Shown in pieces: positions 57,238 through 64,000 of a DNA stretch of 64,000 bases. Origin of the DNA: Candidatus Heimdallarchaeota archaeon (GTDB lineage: Archaea; Asgardarchaeota; Heimdallarchaeia; Heimdallarchaeales; Heimdallarchaeaceae); contig DXJF01000011.1 of assembly GCA_019057375.1 (NCBI GenBank), positions 32,001-96,000 of the forward strand, written 5' to 3'. Each line of letters begins with the position of its first letter. Position 1 is the first letter of the stretch. The notes below the pieces were generated by a model. It made no database searches. It was given only the letters and a program-made list of their open reading frames with translations, and was not told the origin of the DNA. A program made the position numbers and the translations under genes.

Positions 57238-60200
57238 ATGAGAAACAGAATTTGGCTTTGTAAAATCCTCTTATTGGCTAGCATACTTTGTGGAGGCTTT
57301 CTTCTAATTAACAGTGAGGTTGAAGCTGAACCAGGATTAAGAGATGTGACAACCAATGCTTTATTACCTTATGATATTAATTTTGAATTTAACTTCTCTG
57401 GCAGTGAAGAAGTTTATAATTTGCATTCAAATCAAATTGAATTAGGAGAACTAAATAAACTCACACTTTCTTTCCGAGTAAACGGTATGAGCGGTTCTCC
57501 AGGATTAAAAATAGTGTTCATTTTCATGACTATTAAAGTTGGATTTGTTGTTGACCGAATTTTTAATGATGATACTTTACACAATTTAACTGAGACTTTT
57601 CTTTTTCCTCACAACTATTCAGGTAGTATGGATATTACTGTCATTTGTAGTGGTAGTTCAACTTCTACAAGAAATGGATTTCTTACCATATTTAATAGCA
57701 CTAAAATAGAACAAATGAATATTCCCACAATATCAGAGGATTCTTTTTCTCTTCCAACTTCCCAGGATTGGGTGATGTTCAAAGGTAATATATATTCTTG
57801 GAATAGAGGAGGAATTACATCTGCTTTTTACAATTACGATGAAATGGCACTAGTAAGTCTTAACATATCCTTCTCTTCAAATTATTTTCAGTCAATAGAA
57901 AATGTAGTTGAAATTTCTTTAAATGGTAATTTTGTTGCAGAAGATTATTTCATTGAAGATTTAAGTAATAATATTGATATTCAATTTCAACCTGAAATAG
58001 GTTTGAATCTCTTATCATTGAATTTCTCTGTTTCTTATTCCTTTAATCCAATTTATATTTCAAATATCTCTCTTTTTGGCTCTCTTTTTAATTATGAATC
58101 TAGCAGTTCTACTTCAGATTCATTTAGTTGGGAAAGTGGTTTTTTTTCCTACTCTTTTGATTTATCTACGTTAAAACCCCCTGGGTACTATTCAGAACAA
58201 GTTCTTCACTTAACAATCAATTACCAATGTTTCGGAATGAAAATCTCTTCAGGAATAAACTATTTTCTAAAAATAGGGACATCTATTCTCGAGGAAGGAA
58301 CCATAAGCTATCTCGAGCAAATGTATGAGAATAATAGTTTAAAGATCGAGACCTTTACTACGGAATATCACAACCCTCTTACGTTTAAAATTTTCGGCAC
58401 TTCGAATGGGGTGGGAGGACTTACTATTTTAAATTCAAGTACGATTGAAATATCTCACATAGGTGAGCTAACAAAACAACCTTTGAGTAGAACCATAGCA
58501 GATGAAAGAAGTGTTAATGGTCCTTCTCTTGCTGTTTCGCTTAGTTTTTATGATGTCTTTCAAACTTATAGGATTGCAGCTCCTGTACAATTAGCTGTTA
58601 ATTTTAATACAGTTTCTACTTATGAACATCCCTTTGATTTACTTACAGTAACAGTCAAAATTGATGGTGTAAGAGTAATATCAAAAAATGTTCATATTCT
58701 CGGTTTTGCAAATTTTAGTAAAGAATTTTCCTTAGAACATGGGTATCACGAAGTTAGAATAAATTTCCAATTTTCTGGCATTAATACTCCTCTCACAGTA
58801 GAACAATTGAAGTACCAACTAGCTTTACAAATTGAAGAAGAAATTACTGTCTCAACAGCACTCTCTTATGCTCGTCAATCAACATTCTATCTTCTAGCCT
58901 TTTACGCCCTCCTCTATGTCCTTCTAGATGTTAAAGAAATAAATCGAGAGAGAATCAAGGAAAAAGAAAGTTCTATTCGTGAAGATTCTATCGAAGATGC
59001 AAATGATGACTCTAGGAATTTATTACGTACGGCTCTCATGGTTGTTGTAAATATATCTATTAATTTGACTCCTTCTGTTTTCTTCTTGTTGCATGGAATT
59101 AATTACTGGTTTATTTTACCCTTAAGCTTCTTTGTAGCTTTACATTTCAGTATCAAAATTCTCTTTTCGAATTTTTCGAAAGATGCAATAGTTGGGTTTT
59201 GGAACAAAACAAGAGACTTCTTTAGAGATATCTATTCCCTCTCAGGCTTTCTTAATAAAGTTACAAGATCATTCGGAAAACTCTCTTTTAGAAGCTTAAC
59301 TAGATTATTGGTCTTCGCTATAGCTTTTCTGAGCTTTGGCTTATTGTTTTTCTTGGCAGATAATATTCCTTCAAATGCTGTCAAGGAAGTCTGGATTGTC
59401 TATGCTCTTTTGCTAGTTTGTATTGTTATATCCTCTCTTACTTTATTCTACACCCTTCATTTAGTTAGAGACATGGCTTTTATAGAGGACAATCTGAAAA
59501 GAATAAAGAGGTTAGGTTATGCTTCCATCACACTTGTTGCTGGTTTTCTATTTGTTCTTATCAGCATGTTAGGCACTAAACTCAGTCTTTCAAGCATCTG
59601 GGGTTTCCTTTCTCCAATCCTCCTTTTTGGTATTTTTCGTACAACAACTAAACTAGGAAAGATTTCTGCCAAAGAAGAAAAGCTCTCCTTTGACGATTTT
59701 CTGGATAAAGGAATGTTCTTCACTGATAAGAAGGAGATGCGAAAAGCTGTCAGTTTTGGTATCAATACTCGCTCTACTTGGGAAAAGAAAGGGTATGAAC
59801 TCCAGAAACATCAGATAAAAGGTGTTATCGCTTACGATTACAACCCTGGAGATAAGATCAATCTCTATGAACTGGCTGAGAAGATTAAACTCCCCTTTAA
59901 GAAAACAGAGGAACTTGTTCAGGAGATAGAAAAAGAAGTTCCTAGATTAGGAAAATATGACCCTCAATCTAAAATCTATACCAAGAGCAAAGAGAATATT
60001 ATAGAAGCTCAGGAAATTCAGGAAAAAATTGTTCCAGATAAATATGAAAATGAAGAAAAGAATGTAGAGATGAGTAAAATACCAACAAAGAATATTTCTA
60101 CAAAAGAAAGATTTCAGAAGCTGCTTGAAGAGGTAGTAGGAGAGAGTGACGAGGAGAAGAGGAGAACTCTAGAATATGTGAATCATTTGACAGCTAAAGA

Positions 60201-62181
60201 AGCGGAAGTATATCAAAAATTCTTGAAAAAGGGATTGGGAGACCAAGATATAGTCATAACTAATTCTGACAGAGAATTTTTACAAAGAGCATGGAAGAAG
60301 ATACATGTTCAAGAAGATATTTTTCAAAGAAACAGTTCTAGCAATTTGCTGAGGGAATATTATGATAAGATATCAGATGCTCACAACGGTTTTGATGATG
60401 TTGTGTTTGAGATAAAAAAAGAATTATTCAAAATATCCTTTTTGGAGTATAAAGTAGGTGATCGTGCAACTTACTATCCTTGGGAGTATATTCCTAAATT
60501 TGGATATCATTTGCTACGTAGAGAATTAAATGAAAAACAACTTCTTAAGTACATAGAAAAAAACCCAATAGTTGAATCTCTTTTTTCATCTCAATCAAAT
60601 TTGGGGAAAAAGAAAGTTCCTTTAATCATTAGAAAGCTATACTACGACAGAAACAGGCAGTATCATATCATTGGAAATGATTGGTTAGTCAAATTCATGA
60701 ATGGAGACTTTCAGAATGCTCTTTCTCATTTAGTCACTAAAGGTCTACTAACAAACAAACAGAAAAAGAGAATTACTGTGGGATTATCGGAATTTAACCA
60801 ATTGGTAGGTTTAGCTCAGAATGGACACACTTTTCGAGTTTTCGATAATACGAAAAAAATACAATTAGAATCTTGTGCAGAAATAACATTAGGTGGAAAA
60901 CAAATTATCTTATACCACGATTTCTTTTTACCTAAGTTTGAGATTAATCAAGAAAAAATCAGCATAAGTCTTCAAGGTTTTAATAAGATAACAACTTCTA
61001 AACACAATCAATTGAACCTGCTAATTAAGAAAGAATACTTCCTCAGAGACGATCAAGAGGACAAGATTCTTGTTCTCTATGCTAAACTTAAAAGAGAATT
61101 TCTTTTAGATTTGATAAAATCTAAATTAATGGACCATTTACAGGTTTTATATGATAAAAGATATATTTCTGGACTTGATACAATTACATCATCAGATTTT
61201 ATTCCGTCTATTGATAAATTAAAAAAGCAACCCACAAGACAGAGGGGTATAGTTTGGTTTTATGATGATATTCAAGTTTCACCTATTGATTTTCTTACTA
61301 ACAAAAAATTCAAAGAAATTCTACAGGAAAAAGATGAAGAATTGCTATTTTCTAAATTAGCTTCATTACTAAGTGACACTGAAACTTTTTTTGAAGACGA
61401 AGGTAGAAAGCAATTTTCTATAGCTTATGAAGCCTATAAGAATGGACATTTCGATTTCTTTCTTTTTAATCAAAGTGTTAATGAGATCTATAAACCTCCT
61501 ACTTACTCTTTTAGGCAAGGTAATATTCCTAAAACTGGTGTTATATTAGTTGACCACAACAATAGAATAATCAACTTAATTTCCCCCTCAAAAGCTGTTA
61601 GTATTCTACTAGAAGAGGGTGATATATTGCTTAACTTTCCTTTTAGATGGGATTCACACTATGGTTATTTTGCATTCACCCAAAAAGGAAATAGAATGAG
61701 TAATGTTGCCAAGTCTTGGTATGATTGGTTGATTAAGGCAAATCTTCCCATTCCTTCAGGTTCCAGTGGTAGAATTCCTGATATATCAGTAATTGCAATG
61801 TTACTAGAGTGGTGGACAAGGCAAGAAAATTTTGTTATCAATAGGATTCTTTCAAACCAAGTTTTTATTGAGAGTTGTAGGAAACACAAAATTGTGGTTG
61901 ATAAAGATTCTACAATGGTTATTGATTCAAAAAAGAATTCTTACAAACTTGCACGAGTTTCTGTTACTCAAACAGGAAATATTAGACATAAAGAAAATTG
62001 GAAATATTACGCGTTTTATAATGACAAAATACGCACAGTTATTGATGTTCTTAAAGCTGCAATTTTTGATTTAGTTTTACAGAAAGGCAATATTTCTTCC
62101 GCTCAAATACCTGATTTGAGAAATTGGTTGAAGATAAATTGGTTGGAAGAATTTGAAAAACTGAAAGAATATTTCTTTTGA
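57238..62181 (+). CDS. 1647-aa receptor-like membrane protein: ectodomain paralogous to 44141-46858, multi-TM, PCI/winged-helix-like region, large unknown C-terminal domain
   Basis: Ectodomain aligns by eye (DRIFNDDTLHNLTETFLFPHNYSGSMDITVICSG vs NRIYQDSNEHSISKSFSYPQNFIGSMIIVISCEG). Confidence 0.8.
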   Translation: MRNRIWLCKILLLASILCGGFLLINSEVEAEPGLRDVTTNALLPYDINFEFNFSGSEEVYNLHSNQIELGELNKLTLSFRVNGMSGSPGLKIVFIFMTIKVGFVVDRIFNDDTLHNLTETFLFPHNYSGSMDITVICSGSSTSTRNGFLTIFNSTKIEQMNIPTISEDSFSLPTSQDWVMFKGNIYSWNRGGITSAFYNYDEMALVSLNISFSSNYFQSIENVVEISLNGNFVAEDYFIEDLSNNIDIQFQPEIGLNLLSLNFSVSYSFNPIYISNISLFGSLFNYESSSSTSDSFSWESGFFSYSFDLSTLKPPGYYSEQVLHLTINYQCFGMKISSGINYFLKIGTSILEEGTISYLEQMYENNSLKIETFTTEYHNPLTFKIFGTSNGVGGLTILNSSTIEISHIGELTKQPLSRTIADERSVNGPSLAVSLSFYDVFQTYRIAAPVQLAVNFNTVSTYEHPFDLLTVTVKIDGVRVISKNVHILGFANFSKEFSLEHGYHEVRINFQFSGINTPLTVEQLKYQLALQIEEEITVSTALSYARQSTFYLLAFYALLYVLLDVKEINRERIKEKESSIREDSIEDANDDSRNLLRTALMVVVNISINLTPSVFFLLHGINYWFILPLSFFVALHFSIKILFSNFSKDAIVGFWNKTRDFFRDIYSLSGFLNKVTRSFGKLSFRSLTRLLVFAIAFLSFGLLFFLADNIPSNAVKEVWIVYALLLVCIVISSLTLFYTLHLVRDMAFIEDNLKRIKRLGYASITLVAGFLFVLISMLGTKLSLSSIWGFLSPILLFGIFRTTTKLGKISAKEEKLSFDDFLDKGMFFTDKKEMRKAVSFGINTRSTWEKKGYELQKHQIKGVIAYDYNPGDKINLYELAEKIKLPFKKTEELVQEIEKEVPRLGKYDPQSKIYTKSKENIIEAQEIQEKIVPDKYENEEKNVEMSKIPTKNISTKERFQKLLEEVVGESDEEKRRTLEYVNHLTAKEAEVYQKFLKKGLGDQDIVITNSDREFLQRAWKKIHVQEDIFQRNSSSNLLREYYDKISDAHNGFDDVVFEIKKELFKISFLEYKVGDRATYYPWEYIPKFGYHLLRRELNEKQLLKYIEKNPIVESLFSSQSNLGKKKVPLIIRKLYYDRNRQYHIIGNDWLVKFMNGDFQNALSHLVTKGLLTNKQKKRITVGLSEFNQLVGLAQNGHTFRVFDNTKKIQLESCAEITLGGKQIILYHDFFLPKFEINQEKISISLQGFNKITTSKHNQLNLLIKKEYFLRDDQEDKILVLYAKLKREFLLDLIKSKLMDHLQVLYDKRYISGLDTITSSDFIPSIDKLKKQPTRQRGIVWFYDDIQVSPIDFLTNKKFKEILQEKDEELLFSKLASLLSDTETFFEDEGRKQFSIAYEAYKNGHFDFFLFNQSVNEIYKPPTYSFRQGNIPKTGVILVDHNNRIINLISPSKAVSILLEEGDILLNFPFRWDSHYGYFAFTQKGNRMSNVAKSWYDWLIKANLPIPSGSSGRIPDISVIAMLLEWWTRQENFVINRILSNQVFIESCRKHKIVVDKDSTMVIDSKKNSYKLARVSVTQTGNIRHKENWKYYAFYNDKIRTVIDVLKAAIFDLVLQKGNISSAQIPDLRNWLKINWLEEFEKLKEYFF

Positions 62182-62207
62182 TATTCAATTTGGGTGAAAT
62201 AAAAAAG

Positions 62208-62266
62208 CCCCCAAAGAATACAAGAACCCCGAGAGAATGACACTACAGAAATAGAGAATATAAGGG
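62208..62266 (-). repeat. R3: native 16S trailer incl. 3' arm of the leader-trailer stem
   Basis: 62239-62258 pairs with leader 63973-63994 (7 bp, 2-nt bulge, 13 bp). Confidence 0.85.
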
Positions 62267-62351
62267 GACTTCTTTCGAAGCCAGAGTTGGTCATAACAAG
62301 GCCTAAAAACAGGCCCTGCATGATCAAGGAATCCTTGAAGGATTCCAAACG

Positions 62352-63863
<1,512 letters not shown>

Positions 63864-64000
63864 CCTGATTCGATTATGATACGATCTATTTGCTATCTTC
63901 CATGAATTGAACTATTTTAGCGCACATACACGTACTAGTGTTTTTGTACATACTAAATTTTGTTCCTTAAAATTCTCTAAATTTCTGTAGCATCAGAACA

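Noticed and set aside
53036-62266. R1-R3 or micropeptide repeats as a CRISPR array
   Set aside because: Spacing is kilobases or irregular, the repeats are rRNA trailer or coding sequence, and there are no cas genes
37075-62342. Provirus or autonomous integrative element
   Set aside because: No integrase, TnpA, capsid, packaging or replication genes in either island

Overview
AT-rich Asgard archaeal chromosomal segment, most consistent with Heimdallarchaeia (gelsolin-domain protein, diphthamide-less EF-2 paralogue, divergent 16S, expanded LSU 3' region). The first ~36.5 kb is core genome: PolD DP1/DP2, topoisomerase IA, Sec61beta, tRNA-Arg and tRNA-Ser, a Urm1-like modifier, archaeosortase, MoxR/VWA, PUA-PAPS-reductase/SmAP3/arcTGT, uS10, cdc6 with two clusters of ORB boxes (probable oriC), TET peptidase, ABC exporter, PEPCK and PPase. 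It also holds an unannotated C/D-box sRNA whose D guide predicts Cm34 of tRNA-Leu(CAA). The last ~27.5 kb holds separately flanked 23S (47334-50910) and 16S (62352-63863) genes on the minus strand, carrying three BHB-type introns at functional centres. Downstream of BOTH rRNA genes lie arrays of accessory cassettes (SIR2-TPR, nuclease-STAND, Zn-ribbon nuclease, TnpB-like protein, and two paralogous receptor-like membrane proteins with swapped cytoplasmic domains). These cassettes are delimited by duplicated 3' arms of the pre-rRNA leader-trailer stems, and each array ends at copies of a conserved 24-aa micropeptide gene. The TnpB-like gene is followed, at the position expected for a guide, by a 21-nt copy of the 23S trailer. 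No CRISPR array, integrase, 5S rRNA or spacer tRNA is visible. All calls are from reading the sequence by eye; E. coli rRNA numbering is from memory of the consensus and approximate.
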